From Thermoanaerobaculia bacterium (GTDB taxonomy: Bacteria > Acidobacteriota > Thermoanaerobaculia > Multivoradales > SZUA-115): a stretch of DNA of 64,000 nt. Below are positions 1-9,891 of the stretch, piece after piece (the first letter of the stretch is position 1; each line of letters begins with the position of its first letter). The notes beneath the pieces were generated by a model. That model did no database searches. It was not told where the DNA came from and worked only from the letters and a program-made list of their open reading frames with translations. Location of the stretch: assembly GCA_046331405.1 (NCBI GenBank), contig JAXLQX010000003.1:307202-371201 (forward strand). The letters are read 5' to 3'. Position numbers and translations under genes: made by a program.

Positions 1-46
1 GCTGTGGAGCTGCCACGCTTCGGCTCACCACCCCTACCTGGGAGCC

Positions 47-2806
47 GTGGCCGAGGCTCTGCTCGACCCGAATGAAGGCGACGTGAAGGTAGTGCTGGCC
101 TCCCACGCCGCGCTTCTGGCGAAGCTCACGCCGGAACTGCTCGAGGGCCTGGCTGCCGGCCTCGCCGGCACCGCCGCGGGCGACCTCGAAGGCGCGGCGA
201 CCGAGGCTCGCTGCCGGCTGCCGGAGGGCGAGCCGCAGTGGGCGGCCCTGGCGCTCTACAGCCGCAGCTGGGAGCCGTTTCGAGTGGCGGCCCCGCTCGC
301 CCAGCAGTTGCCGCAGCCCCTGGGGGGGCCTCACACGCCCCGAGTGGAGGGAGCCCCGGCCCAGAGCGCCTACTTCCTGGGCCGGGAGGACGAGGTGAGG
401 CGTGGCCTCGCCCTGTTGCGCGGCCACCGGTTGGTTTCCTTCCTCGGCATGGGGGGTATCGGCAAGAGCGAGCTCGCCCTGGCGGTGGCTCACGAGGCCG
501 TGAGCGGGGCGAAGGCCTTCGTCGAGCGCGCGCTCTGGTTTTCCCTCCAGGGCGACCGCGAGGCCGGGCTGCTGCGCTCCCGCCTGGCCGCCCGCCTGGA
601 GGCGCTGCCGCCCGAGGGGGCGCAAGAGCCGGAGCCCCAGCAGCTGGCCCGGCTGGTTCGGGCCGTAAGCGAGAAACGGCTGCTCCTGGTGCTGGACAAC
701 GCGGAGGACCTGCTGCGGGCGGACCTCCCCGGCCTGCGGCGGCTGCTCGAGGCCCTGCTCACGGACTGCGCCGGAGTGCGCCTGCTGCTCGCCAGCCGGG
801 GCCCGCTGGGGCCGGTGGCCGGCCACGAGGAAGCGGAGCTCGAGCTCGAGCCGCTGCGCCCGCCGCACGATGCCGAGCTCTTCACCGCCGCGGCCGGCCC
901 CCGCCTGCTGGCGGCGGAGCGGGAAAGCCTGGCGCTCGACACGCTGGTGCGAGGCCTGGGTGGCCACCCGCTTTCCCTCTGCCTGATGGCGAGCCAGGTG
1001 GGCCGGGGGCTCGGCCTGGAGGAGCTGGGCAAGGGGCTGAGCCAGGGCGTGAGCCGGATCCAGGGTCACGAGCTCCTGGACCGAACTCTGCCCCCGGACG
1101 AAGCCCCCGCCTACCGCCAGCGCAGCCTGGACGCCTCCCTCTGGCTCTCGTACGGGCCTCTCGCCCAAGCCCGCCCGCAGGCCGCCGAGCTCTTCGCCTG
1201 GCTCGGCACCCTGCCCGCCGGCCTGCCCGTGGCCCTGCTGCCCGAGGTTTTCGGCCCGGGGGCGCTCGAGGCCATGGCCGCCCTGGAGCGTTGCTACCTG
1301 GCCGGAAGGCGAGGCCGGGTGGAGCGCCTGCAGCTGCTCGAGCCCGTGCGCCTCTTCGCCCGGGAGCGGGCTCAGGAGCTGGAAGGGCCAAGGCAGCAGG
1401 AGCTCCTGGCCGGAACTTGCCGGGCCTTCGAGAGCTGGCTCCGCGGTGCTCACACTCTGCTGCGCGAGGGCTCCAACCTCCAGGCCGTGGAGCTCGCCCT
1501 CGCGGAGAAAGCCAACTTACAGAGCGTGATGGAACACGTCAAGGCGCACCCCGAACTGTTGGAAGAGGCTAACTTCAAGCTACTCCTGAGCCAAGCTCAT
1601 TACTTCTGGGAAGCGACCCTCCGCTCTGCCTTGGAGCCTGCGACCATGAGCCGGCCCCCGAAAGAATCCGCGAGCTTGGGGCAGCCGCGCCTAGAAAGGG
1701 CCATGCCGGTTTCGGTGGCAATTCTCACGAGCCTCCCCGAAACAATGGAACGGGAGATTAAGCAAGCGCTCGCGACCTTTCCGCAGTTCGAAGCATTCCC
1801 TCGTGAATCGAACACGAACCGAGTCGCCTCCGAGCTCACCTCGACCGAGTCCTCCCGGGTTGAACCCGACGAGGCTGCGGGGCGGGGCCCAATTGGCGAC
1901 AAGACGTTAGCAACTCTATCTGAAACGGCCTATTTGCATCGGCACCACGGCGACGTCCACCGCTGGAACCATCAGTGGGCCGACGCTATCCTCGCCTACG
2001 ATCAGGCCCTCGCCCTCTACCAACTGAATCAAGATAGTGAAAGCGAAGCCTGCACTCAGAACGACTTGGGAGATCTCTACCTGCGAACCGGCAGGCTCTC
2101 CGAAGCGGCCGCCACATACGATCGGGCCCTCGCCCTGTATCAGCAGATCCACGATCCCCTCGGCGAGGCCAACACCCACAAGGCCCTCGGAGACCTCTTC
2201 CTGCGCACCGATCGACTCGCCGAGGCCGAACGCGCCTACCAACAAGCCCTCGCCCTCTTCCAGCAGATCCACGCTGCCCTCGGCGAGGCCAACACCCTGG
2301 CGGGCCTGGGGCAGCTGGCGTTGGCTCAGGGCTCCCCGGCCCGGGCGTTCGAGCTCTTCCAGCAAGCGCTCGACCGGCAGCGGGGGATCGAAAACCGTCT
2401 GGGCGAGGCCGGCTCCTGGGGCTACCTCGCCCGCAGCGCCCTGGCCGCCGGGCGCCCGGAGCGGGCTGCCGTGCTGGGCGGGCGGGCGCTCGGGATCCTC
2501 GAGGAAGTGCAAAGCGCTTTCGGCCAGACGCTGGCCCTGAGCGACCTCGCTAGCGCCTTCTTCGAGCTGGAGCAGTGGGGGCCCGGCATAGCGGCTCTCT
2601 ATCGGGCCTGGGTGATCGCCGTGCAGATCCAGGACCCTTCTGCCCCCCGGCAAGCGGAGGTTCTCGGCCAGCTCATCGAAGGCTTCGACCCTGCGACCGC
2701 CCCGCCGGAAGCCGCCGAAGCGGCCCGGGAGGCGATTGCGGCAGCTCTCGCGCAGCTGGAGGAGGCGTTGGCGGCGCGGGGGGAGGAGCTGCTCTCGCCG
2801 CTCTAG
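47..2806 (+). CDS. STAND-class P-loop NTPase (NB-ARC-like) with C-terminal TPR repeats; may extend 5' beyond the window
   Basis: Walker A GMGGIGKSELA, Walker B LLLVLDNAEDLL and a GxP-like GGHPLSLCLMA motif, followed by at least six TPR-like repeats (YDQALALYQQ..., LGEAN...). The GTG at 47 has no upstream in-frame stop back to position 2, so the true start may be outside the window. Confidence 0.7.
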   Translation: MAEALLDPNEGDVKVVLASHAALLAKLTPELLEGLAAGLAGTAAGDLEGAATEARCRLPEGEPQWAALALYSRSWEPFRVAAPLAQQLPQPLGGPHTPRVEGAPAQSAYFLGREDEVRRGLALLRGHRLVSFLGMGGIGKSELALAVAHEAVSGAKAFVERALWFSLQGDREAGLLRSRLAARLEALPPEGAQEPEPQQLARLVRAVSEKRLLLVLDNAEDLLRADLPGLRRLLEALLTDCAGVRLLLASRGPLGPVAGHEEAELELEPLRPPHDAELFTAAAGPRLLAAERESLALDTLVRGLGGHPLSLCLMASQVGRGLGLEELGKGLSQGVSRIQGHELLDRTLPPDEAPAYRQRSLDASLWLSYGPLAQARPQAAELFAWLGTLPAGLPVALLPEVFGPGALEAMAALERCYLAGRRGRVERLQLLEPVRLFARERAQELEGPRQQELLAGTCRAFESWLRGAHTLLREGSNLQAVELALAEKANLQSVMEHVKAHPELLEEANFKLLLSQAHYFWEATLRSALEPATMSRPPKESASLGQPRLERAMPVSVAILTSLPETMEREIKQALATFPQFEAFPRESNTNRVASELTSTESSRVEPDEAAGRGPIGDKTLATLSETAYLHRHHGDVHRWNHQWADAILAYDQALALYQLNQDSESEACTQNDLGDLYLRTGRLSEAAATYDRALALYQQIHDPLGEANTHKALGDLFLRTDRLAEAERAYQQALALFQQIHAALGEANTLAGLGQLALAQGSPARAFELFQQALDRQRGIENRLGEAGSWGYLARSALAAGRPERAAVLGGRALGILEEVQSAFGQTLALSDLASAFFELEQWGPGIAALYRAWVIAVQIQDPSAPRQAEVLGQLIEGFDPATAPPEAAEAAREAIAAALAQLEEALAARGEELLSPL

Positions 2807-2818
2807 GGGCCCGGGAGG

Positions 2819-4822
2819 CTAGCCGGGCTTGGCCGCCCCCTCCACCTTGGCCAGGGCCCGAGCCGCGGCAGCCGGGTCCCCCGCGTGCTGGGTGGCATGG
2901 CGGAGCACCCGCAGGGCTTCGGCTTTCTGGCCCAGGGTGAGGAGGGATTCGGCGAGGCCGAGGGCGGCCTGGGTGTGGGCGGGCTCGAGGCCGAGGCAGC
3001 GGCGGTAGGCCTCCACGGCTTCGCTCGGGCGGCCGAGGGCGGCTCGGGCCGAGGCCAGGTAGTACCAGGCGGCGCCCAGATTGGGGCGCTCCTCGATGGC
3101 TTTCTCGAGCAGAGGCAACGCCCGTTCCGGCCGGCCCTCGCCGAGCTCCAGGCGAGCCAGGTTGAAGCGGGCTTCAGGCTGGAAGGGGGCCGGCTGGCCG
3201 GCCTCCGGGGGTCGCAGGGCCTGCTCCAGGGCGGCGCGGGCTTCCGCCCGCCGGTCCTGGCCGGCGAGCGCCGCACCCAGCCAGGCGAGGGCCTGGCGGT
3301 CCCCGGCATCCCGCTTGAGGAGCTCGCGGGCCACGGCCTCGGCTTCGCCGTTGCGGCGGGTGAGGAGCAGGGCCTCGAGGAGGTCCAGGTAGGGGGCCCG
3401 CTGCGGCTGGGGGTGGGCTGCCAGCTGGCGGGCGAGGGCGTCCACCGCCTCCTTCTGGCGGCTGGTGCGGGCCACGGCCAGGGCCCGGTAGAGGGCCGGG
3501 CCGGGCGGGGGCACGGTGGCCGGCTCGAGAGGGAGGGCGTCCACCAGCACCGGGTCCCTTTCGCTCCGGGGAGCCAGGAGGTCCACGCCGGGGGCGGGGG
3601 GGCGCTGAATCTTGTGATCGGTCATCACCACGTGCACCACGTCCTGCGGGCGGCGGCGGGGCATGTGGCAGGAGGCGCAGTCCCCGCCGTCCGGGTGGGC
3701 GGCGGCCTCGGGGCGCTTGCACTGGGCGAGGCTGTGGCAGCCCAGGCAGGCGCTGCGTACTTTGGCGGCGAATTCCTCCGCCGGCGGCTTGCGGTGCGGA
3801 TCGTGGCAGGTCAAGCAGGAGAGCTTGCCGGCGCTTGCCGCGAAGCAGCGGCTCTGGCGCAGGCGGTAGGCGTGGTGGTTGATCTCGAAACGCTCGCCGG
3901 GCGCCACGCCTTCCTCGGTGACGTCCATCCCAACCAGGTAGGAGGAGAGGGCCTCGCCGGGGCGGGAGGAGAAATCCCCGCGCTCGAAGCGCCGCAGCCC
4001 CGGCAGGGCCACCGAGGGCTGGAGGTGGCAAGCGTTGCACACGTCGTCCCGCCGGTCGGGGGCGAGGCGGCCCGGCACCACGATGGCCTGCTTGGCGGCT
4101 TCGGTGTCCGTGCCGCCGGTCACCACCCGGCGCACGTGCTCCGCCCCCGGCCCGTGGCAGCGCTGGCAGCCCAGCCCCTCGGGCAGCTCGTGGGGGAAGA
4201 GCGGCGGCTCGCCGTAGGCATCCGCCCCGGCGGCGAGCTCCGGGTAGGCGTCGTGGCAGAACAGGCATTCGCGGCGCACCCGGCGCATCACGCCCTGATG
4301 GTCCGGGCGGTCGTAGCCGGGAGCCATGCCCCAGCTGCGGCTCTGGCCGTACCAGGCGATCGGCAGCTGGTAGAGCTCGCCGGCGGGGGTCTGGTAGAGG
4401 TAGGTGCGGGCGTGGTTGCCGGAGCCGAGAATCCAGTCCACCGCCACCTCGAAGCGGTGGATCGGCTGGCCCTGGGCGTCCCTCTGGTAGCGGCGGAAGA
4501 TCAGCTTGCCGCCTTCCGCGGCGAGTTCGAAGGTCTGCCCGGAAGGGGCGTGCACCACCCGCGCCGTCGCGAGATCCTCGATCAGCGCGCCGACGTCCGC
4601 CCGGCGGAAGGCGCGGGCCATCGCCACCTGCTGGTAGGAGAGGTAGATCGCCCGGTGACACATGGAGCAGGTGCCGTCCGGCACGTAACCGGGCGCCGCC
4701 CCGGCGCTCACCCGGATGCCCATCGCCGCCAGCGGATCCGCCGGCGGCTCGGCCCGGCCGGCGGCCACCAGGCCGGCCAGGCCGACCAGAGAGAGCCCCC
4801 AGCCGATGTGCGAAGCCTTCAC
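2819..4822 (-). CDS. secreted multihaem c-type cytochrome (7 CxxCH) fused to a C-terminal TPR domain
   Basis: N-terminal signal peptide. CxxCH motifs: CSMCH, CLFCH, CQRCH, CNACH, CLTCH, CLGCH, CASCH. The C-terminal third is TPR-like repeats. Confidence 0.75.
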   Translation of the reverse strand: MKASHIGWGLSLVGLAGLVAAGRAEPPADPLAAMGIRVSAGAAPGYVPDGTCSMCHRAIYLSYQQVAMARAFRRADVGALIEDLATARVVHAPSGQTFELAAEGGKLIFRRYQRDAQGQPIHRFEVAVDWILGSGNHARTYLYQTPAGELYQLPIAWYGQSRSWGMAPGYDRPDHQGVMRRVRRECLFCHDAYPELAAGADAYGEPPLFPHELPEGLGCQRCHGPGAEHVRRVVTGGTDTEAAKQAIVVPGRLAPDRRDDVCNACHLQPSVALPGLRRFERGDFSSRPGEALSSYLVGMDVTEEGVAPGERFEINHHAYRLRQSRCFAASAGKLSCLTCHDPHRKPPAEEFAAKVRSACLGCHSLAQCKRPEAAAHPDGGDCASCHMPRRRPQDVVHVVMTDHKIQRPPAPGVDLLAPRSERDPVLVDALPLEPATVPPPGPALYRALAVARTSRQKEAVDALARQLAAHPQPQRAPYLDLLEALLLTRRNGEAEAVARELLKRDAGDRQALAWLGAALAGQDRRAEARAALEQALRPPEAGQPAPFQPEARFNLARLELGEGRPERALPLLEKAIEERPNLGAAWYYLASARAALGRPSEAVEAYRRCLGLEPAHTQAALGLAESLLTLGQKAEALRVLRHATQHAGDPAAAARALAKVEGAAKPG

Positions 4823-4854
4823 GATGGGGCTACTCTAAGCCAGGAGCCCCGCCC

Positions 4855-6174
4855 TCAGCGCAGCACCTTCACCACGTGGTAGGACTTCTTGCCCCGCCGC
4901 AGCACCACGAAACGCCCGGCGAGCACATCCGCCTCGGCCACCAGGTAGGCCGGGTCGTCGATGCGCCGGTTGTTGAGGTAGACGCCGCCGGAGGCAATCG
5001 CCGTGCGCGCCTGCCCCTTGGACGGCACCAGCTGGCTCGCGGCCAGCAGGCCGGCGAGCGAGGCCTGGGGCGTGCCGAGGGCGGAGGCCGGGAGCTCGGT
5101 GGAGTCCCAGCTGGCGAAGGCCTCGGCCATCTGCTCGGGGGAGAGCTCGGCGAGCTCCCGGCCCTCGAACAGCACCTCGGTGGTGTGCTGGGCGCGGGCG
5201 AGGGCGGTGGCGCCGTGCACCAGGCGGGTCACCTCCGCGGCCAGGCGGTGCTGGGCGGCGCGCTCCTGGGGCTTCTCGGCCACGGCGTGGTCCAGCTCGG
5301 CGAGCTCGGCGAGGGGCAAGAAAGTGAAGTAGCGCAGGTAGCGGCCTGCGTCGGCGTCCGTGGTGTTGAGCCAGAACTGGTAGAACTCGAAGGGGCTGGT
5401 GAGCTCGGCGTCCAGCCACACGTTGCCGGCCTCGGACTTGCCGAACTTGCTGCCATCCGCCCGCGTCACCAGCGGGTTGGTGAGCCCGTAGGCGGTCGCG
5501 CCGCGCAGCCGGCGAATCAAGTCCGTGCCGGCCACGATGTTGCCCCATTGGTCGCTGCCGCCCATCTGCAGCCGGCAGCCGTGGCGGTCGTAGAGCTCGA
5601 GGAAATCGAACGCCTGCAGCAGGGAGTAGCTGAACTCGGTGTAGGAGATGCCCTGCTCGCGGGACTCCAGGCGGTTCTTCACCGAATCCCGCGCCACCAT
5701 GGCGTTCACCGAGAAATGCTTGCCGATGTCGCGCAGGAAGGCCACCAGGTTGAGCGAGCACAGCCAGTCCGCGTTGTTCACCAGCAGGGCGCCGTTCTCG
5801 CCCGAGAAGTCCAGGAACCGCTCCAGCTGGGAGCGGATGCCTTCGAGGTTCTCGGCCAGCTTGGCCTCGGTGAGCATCGGCCGCTCGCTCTGCTTGCCGC
5901 TGGGGTCGCCGATCAACCCCGTGCCCCCGCCCGCGATGGCGATCGGCCGGTGCCCGGCCTGTTGCAGCCGCACCAGCTGGAGGATGGGCAAGAGGCTGCC
6001 CACGTGCAGGCTGGCGGCCGTGGGATCGAAGCCGATGTAGGCGGTGACGCGCTCCCGCAGCATCAACTCGCGAAGCTCCGGATCGGTCACCTGCGAAACC
6101 AGCCCCCGCTCCGTGAGGCCGGCCACGAAATCCACGCTCATGACGCCACTCTCCCAGAAAGTACCCGGCGCCAA
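4855..6174 (-). CDS. tyrS: tyrosine--tRNA ligase
   Basis: HIGH-type motif (AASLHVGSL), KMSKS-type KFGKSEAGNVWL and a C-terminal S4-like domain. Start is TTG at 6174 or the internal ATG at 6141. Confidence 0.9.
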   Translation of the reverse strand: MAPGTFWESGVMSVDFVAGLTERGLVSQVTDPELRELMLRERVTAYIGFDPTAASLHVGSLLPILQLVRLQQAGHRPIAIAGGGTGLIGDPSGKQSERPMLTEAKLAENLEGIRSQLERFLDFSGENGALLVNNADWLCSLNLVAFLRDIGKHFSVNAMVARDSVKNRLESREQGISYTEFSYSLLQAFDFLELYDRHGCRLQMGGSDQWGNIVAGTDLIRRLRGATAYGLTNPLVTRADGSKFGKSEAGNVWLDAELTSPFEFYQFWLNTTDADAGRYLRYFTFLPLAELAELDHAVAEKPQERAAQHRLAAEVTRLVHGATALARAQHTTEVLFEGRELAELSPEQMAEAFASWDSTELPASALGTPQASLAGLLAASQLVPSKGQARTAIASGGVYLNNRRIDDPAYLVAEADVLAGRFVVLRRGKKSYHVVKVLR

Positions 6175-6396
6175 GCCGGCGCCCGCGTGATGCTACCAGG
6201 GCCCAACCCCACAACGCCCCGAGGGGGCCTCGGCCCGGGCGGGCTACGAGGAGCGGAGCCACCCCGAAGGGGTCGAGGGCGAGCACCGCAGGAGCCCGAT
6301 CGGACGAGGCCCTCACCGGCCCAACGCCCCGACCGCCTGATCCACACGGGGTTCGAGCTCGTAAACTCTTGCGAATACTTCCGCCGAGGAGAGCCC

Positions 6397-7503
6397 ATGG
6401 CCTTCTGGATCGCCGCTGCCGTCTGCTTCCTGGCCTTCGCCAACGGAGCCAACGACAACTTCAAGGGAGTCGCCACCCTCTTCGGCAGCGGCACCGCCGG
6501 CTATCGCATCACCCTCGCCTGGGCCACCCTCACCACCGCCGCCGGCTGCCTCCTCGCCCTCTGGCTCGCCCGCGGGCTCGTCGAGGCCTTCAAGGGCAAA
6601 GGCCTCGTGCCCGCCGCCGTCGCCGCCGAACCGCGGTTCCTGCTCGCCGTCAGCCTGGGCGCCGCCGCCACCGTGCTCCTCGCCACCCGCTTCGGCTTCC
6701 CCGTCTCCACCACCCACAGCCTCATCGGTGGCCTGGTAGGCGCCGGCTGGCTCGCCTCCGGGGGGCAAGTGGCCTTCCGCGCCCTCGGCACCGCCTTCCT
6801 GCTCCCCCTGCTCTTGAGCCCGCTGCTCGCCCTCCTCCTCACCCTCAGCCTCTACCCCCTCGTGAGCCGCGCCCGTCGCGCCCTCGGCATCACCCGCGAA
6901 AGCTGCCTCTGCGTGGGCGTCGAAACCTCCGTGCTCGCCCTTGCCCCCGGCGGCGCCGCCTCGGCAGCACCCGTCCTCAGCGTCACCCAGGGCCAACGAA
7001 CCGCGTGCGCCGAGCGCTACCAGGGCCGACTCCTCGGCCTCGACGCCGGCCGACTCCTCGATGCCGTCCACTTCGCCAGCGCCGGCACCGTGGGCTTCGC
7101 CCGCGGCCTCAACGACGCGCCCAAGATCGTGGCCCTCCTGATCGCCGCCGAAGCCCTGAGCCCCAGCCTCGGCCTCCTGGCCGTGGCCGCCGTGATGGCC
7201 CTCGGCGGGCTCCTGAGCGCCCGCCGCGTGGCAGAAACCCTCAGCCGGCGCATCACCACCATGAACGCCGGCCAGGGCGCCACCGCCAACCTGGTCACCA
7301 GCCTCCTCGTGCTCCTCGCCAGCCGCTACAGCTTGCCCGTCTCCACCACCCACGTCTCCGTGGGCGCCCTCTTCGGCATCGGCACCGTCACCGGCACTGC
7401 CCGGCGCGACGTGGTGGTTGCCATCCTCCTCGCCTGGGTCACCACCCTGCCCCTGGCTTGCCTGCTCGCCGCCACGGCCTACCGCCTCCTTCCCCCCGGC
7501 TAG
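6397..7503 (+). CDS. inorganic phosphate transporter, PiT (PHO4) family
   Basis: Duplicated GANDNFKGVATLFGSG / GLNDAPKIVALL motifs and multiple TM helices. ATG at 6397 is in frame with the long track ORF 4876..7503, whose 5' part is antisense to tyrS. Confidence 0.7.
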   Translation: MAFWIAAAVCFLAFANGANDNFKGVATLFGSGTAGYRITLAWATLTTAAGCLLALWLARGLVEAFKGKGLVPAAVAAEPRFLLAVSLGAAATVLLATRFGFPVSTTHSLIGGLVGAGWLASGGQVAFRALGTAFLLPLLLSPLLALLLTLSLYPLVSRARRALGITRESCLCVGVETSVLALAPGGAASAAPVLSVTQGQRTACAERYQGRLLGLDAGRLLDAVHFASAGTVGFARGLNDAPKIVALLIAAEALSPSLGLLAVAAVMALGGLLSARRVAETLSRRITTMNAGQGATANLVTSLLVLLASRYSLPVSTTHVSVGALFGIGTVTGTARRDVVVAILLAWVTTLPLACLLAATAYRLLPPG

Positions 7504-7597
7504 CAGCCGAAGCACCCCTTCCCGGCTAGAATGCGCCTGGCTCGCGGGGCCCTCTGGCCGGCCCCGCCGGGCTCGCCAACCCGGCCGAGGAAATTCT

Positions 7598-8734
7598 GTG
7601 CCCTACGCCATCGGCATCGATGCCCGCAAGCTCTTCGATTTCGGCATCGGCACCTACATCAAGCACCTGATCGAGGCCCTGGCGGCCATCGACGCCGAGA
7701 ACCGCTACTTCCTGCTCACCACGGGCGAAGGCCGGGACGCCCTCTCCCACCTGCCCGAGAACTTCAAGCCCGTGGTGGAGCGCTCCCAGGTGTACTCCCT
7801 CTCCGAGCTCCTGCGGGTGTCCCAGAAGCTACGCCGGCTGGGCGTGGACCTGTACCACTCCACCCACTACGTGCTGCCCGCCTTCCTGCCCTGCCCGGCC
7901 GTCGCCACCATCCACGACATCATCCACTTGCTCTATCCGGACTTCCTGCCCAACCGCCTCGCCCTGCTCTACGCCCAGCGCATGATGCGCAGCACCCTCT
8001 CCCGGGCCGAGCGCATCCTCACCGTGTCCCGCAACACCAAGAGCGACCTCATGGAGTTCTTCGAGGTCGACCCGACGAAGATCGAAGTGGTCTACAACGG
8101 CGTCGACGATCGCTTCCGCGGCCGCCTCGACCCGGCCGAGATCGACCAGCGCCTGGCCCGTCTGGGGGTTTCCCGCCCGTACCTCCTCTTCGTGGGCAAC
8201 CCCAAGCCGCACAAGAACTTGAACACCGTGATCCAGGCCTACGCCCACGCCCTCTCCGTGGCCCCGTTCGAAGAGCCGCTGGTCTGCGTGGGGGCCCGCG
8301 AGGGAGCGGAGTTCAAGCTGCGCCAGCGCGCGGAGCATCTGGGCATCGGCGATCGCCTCAAGCTGGTGGGCTACGTGGACGACGCCGACCTGCCCGCCCT
8401 CTACCAGGGGGCCACCCTCTTCCTCTACCCCACTCTCTACGAAGGCTTCGGACTGCCGGTGGCCGAGGCCATGGCCTCCGGCACCGCGGTCGTCACCTCC
8501 AACACCTCCGCCCTGCGCGAGATCGCCGAAGGCTACGCCTACCTGGTGGACCCCCACGACGTGGCCCGCATGGGCGAGGCCATCGCCGTCTGCGTGTCGG
8601 ACCCCGAGCGCCGCGCCGGCCTGGCCGAGCTCGGCCTGCGGCGGGCCGGTGAGTTTCGCTGGCAGAAGGCGGCCGAGGAGACCCTGGCGGTGTACCGCCG
8701 CGCCCTCGAGGGCCGCAAAGCGAGCAGGCCATGA
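7598..8734 (+). CDS. glycosyltransferase family 4
   Basis: GT-B fold with the EGFGLPVAEAMASGTAVVTS motif. GTG start at 7598 follows GAGGAAA. The N-terminal 60 codons of the track ORF are low-complexity read-through. Confidence 0.8.
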   Translation: MPYAIGIDARKLFDFGIGTYIKHLIEALAAIDAENRYFLLTTGEGRDALSHLPENFKPVVERSQVYSLSELLRVSQKLRRLGVDLYHSTHYVLPAFLPCPAVATIHDIIHLLYPDFLPNRLALLYAQRMMRSTLSRAERILTVSRNTKSDLMEFFEVDPTKIEVVYNGVDDRFRGRLDPAEIDQRLARLGVSRPYLLFVGNPKPHKNLNTVIQAYAHALSVAPFEEPLVCVGAREGAEFKLRQRAEHLGIGDRLKLVGYVDDADLPALYQGATLFLYPTLYEGFGLPVAEAMASGTAVVTSNTSALREIAEGYAYLVDPHDVARMGEAIAVCVSDPERRAGLAELGLRRAGEFRWQKAAEETLAVYRRALEGRKASRP

Positions 8735-9891
8735 GCGAGCCGGCCGCCCCCTGGGCCCCCCGGTCCACCGCCCTGGTGCACGACTGGCTGAACGGCATGC
8801 GCGGCGGCGAGAAAGTGCTCGAGGCGATCGCCGAGCTCTTCCCGGGGGCGCCGATCTTCACCCTGCTCCATCGCCCGGGAAGCCTCTCCCCCGAACTTGC
8901 CGCCCACCCCATCCACCCGAGTTTCCTGCAGCGGGCTCCCGGCATCCAGCGCTGGTACCGCCACTACCTGCCGCTCTTCCCGGCGGCCATCGAGAGCCTG
9001 GACCTCGGCGCCTACCCGCTGGTGATCAGCTCCAGCCATTGCGTGGCCAAGGGAGTGATCCCGCCGCCCGGCTCCTTCCACCTCTGCTACTGCCACACCC
9101 CCATGCGCTACGCCTGGGACCAGGAAGCGGTGTACTTCCCCAGACGCAAGGGGCTGGTGGCGAGGCTCCGCGGCCTCGCGCTCTCCTCGCTGCGCAGCTG
9201 GGACGTGGCCTCGGCATCGCGCGTAGACCTCTTCGTGGCCAACTCCCGGTTCGTGGCGGAGCGCATCCGCCGCTACTACCGGCGCGACGCCCTGGTGCTC
9301 GCGCCGCCGGTGGCGACCGAGTTCTACACCCCGCTCGAAGAGGGCCGGGAGCCCTCCCGCAGCTACGCCCTGGTGGTGGCCGCCCTCGCCCCTTACAAGC
9401 GGGTGGACGAGGCGATCGCCGCCTGCGTCCGGCTGGGGCTGCCGTTGACCATCGTGGGCACCGGTCCGGAAGAGGCGCGCCTGCGCAGCGGTGCCGGCCC
9501 CTCGGTGCGCTTCCTCGGCCGGGTGCCGGATGCCGAGCTGCGCGAGCTCTACCGCCACGCCGCCTGCCTGCTGCAGCCGGGGGTGGAGGACTTCGGCATC
9601 GCGCCTGTGGAGGCCCTGGCCTGCGGCACGCCGGTGGTGGCCCTCGGCCGGGGCGGCGTTCTTGATATCGTGGCGGACGGCCGCCACGGCGTGCTCTACC
9701 CCGGAGAGGGCTCGGTTCCCGCGCTGGCGGCGGCGATTGACAAGGGCCGGCAAATTCGCTTCAATGCCAATGACCTCCGTGCCCATGCCGAATCCTTCTC
9801 GAAGATGAGCTTTCTTGAGCGCTTTGGCCGGATTCTCGAGCAGCATCTGCCCGCGGCCGAGGGGGCCCGGGCCGGGAGGGTGAGCCCTTGA
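8731..9891 (+). CDS. glycosyltransferase family 4
   Basis: HDWLNGMRGGEKVLE N-terminus and C-terminal GT1/GT4 motifs. ATGA overlap with the upstream GT4 gene. Confidence 0.8.
   Translation: MSEPAAPWAPRSTALVHDWLNGMRGGEKVLEAIAELFPGAPIFTLLHRPGSLSPELAAHPIHPSFLQRAPGIQRWYRHYLPLFPAAIESLDLGAYPLVISSSHCVAKGVIPPPGSFHLCYCHTPMRYAWDQEAVYFPRRKGLVARLRGLALSSLRSWDVASASRVDLFVANSRFVAERIRRYYRRDALVLAPPVATEFYTPLEEGREPSRSYALVVAALAPYKRVDEAIAACVRLGLPLTIVGTGPEEARLRSGAGPSVRFLGRVPDAELRELYRHAACLLQPGVEDFGIAPVEALACGTPVVALGRGGVLDIVADGRHGVLYPGEGSVPALAAAIDKGRQIRFNANDLRAHAESFSKMSFLERFGRILEQHLPAAEGARAGRVSP

Noticed and set aside
238-1572. 444-aa Pro/Gly/Arg-rich ORF, and many similar ones (490..1032-, 882..1391-, 2885..4882+, 3174..4661-, 6313..7515-, 6369..7529+, 12722..14926-, 12772..15141+, 15061..16383-, 18894..20345-, 18944..20854+, 21138..23456-, 25000..26484+, 44734..47586+, 44768..48022-, 47958..50300+, 56547..60332+, 56611..58197-, 58240..60105-, 61845..63902- upper part)
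   Set aside because: They are alternative-frame or antisense read-throughs of real genes with recognisable motifs. Their low-complexity R/G/P/A composition is the stop-codon depletion expected at about 70% GC. None carries conserved domains.
4876-6396. 5' 1.5 kb of the 875-aa plus-strand ORF 4876..7503
   Set aside because: It is antisense to tyrS and has no motifs. Only the 3' 369 codons from ATG 6397 form the PiT transporter.
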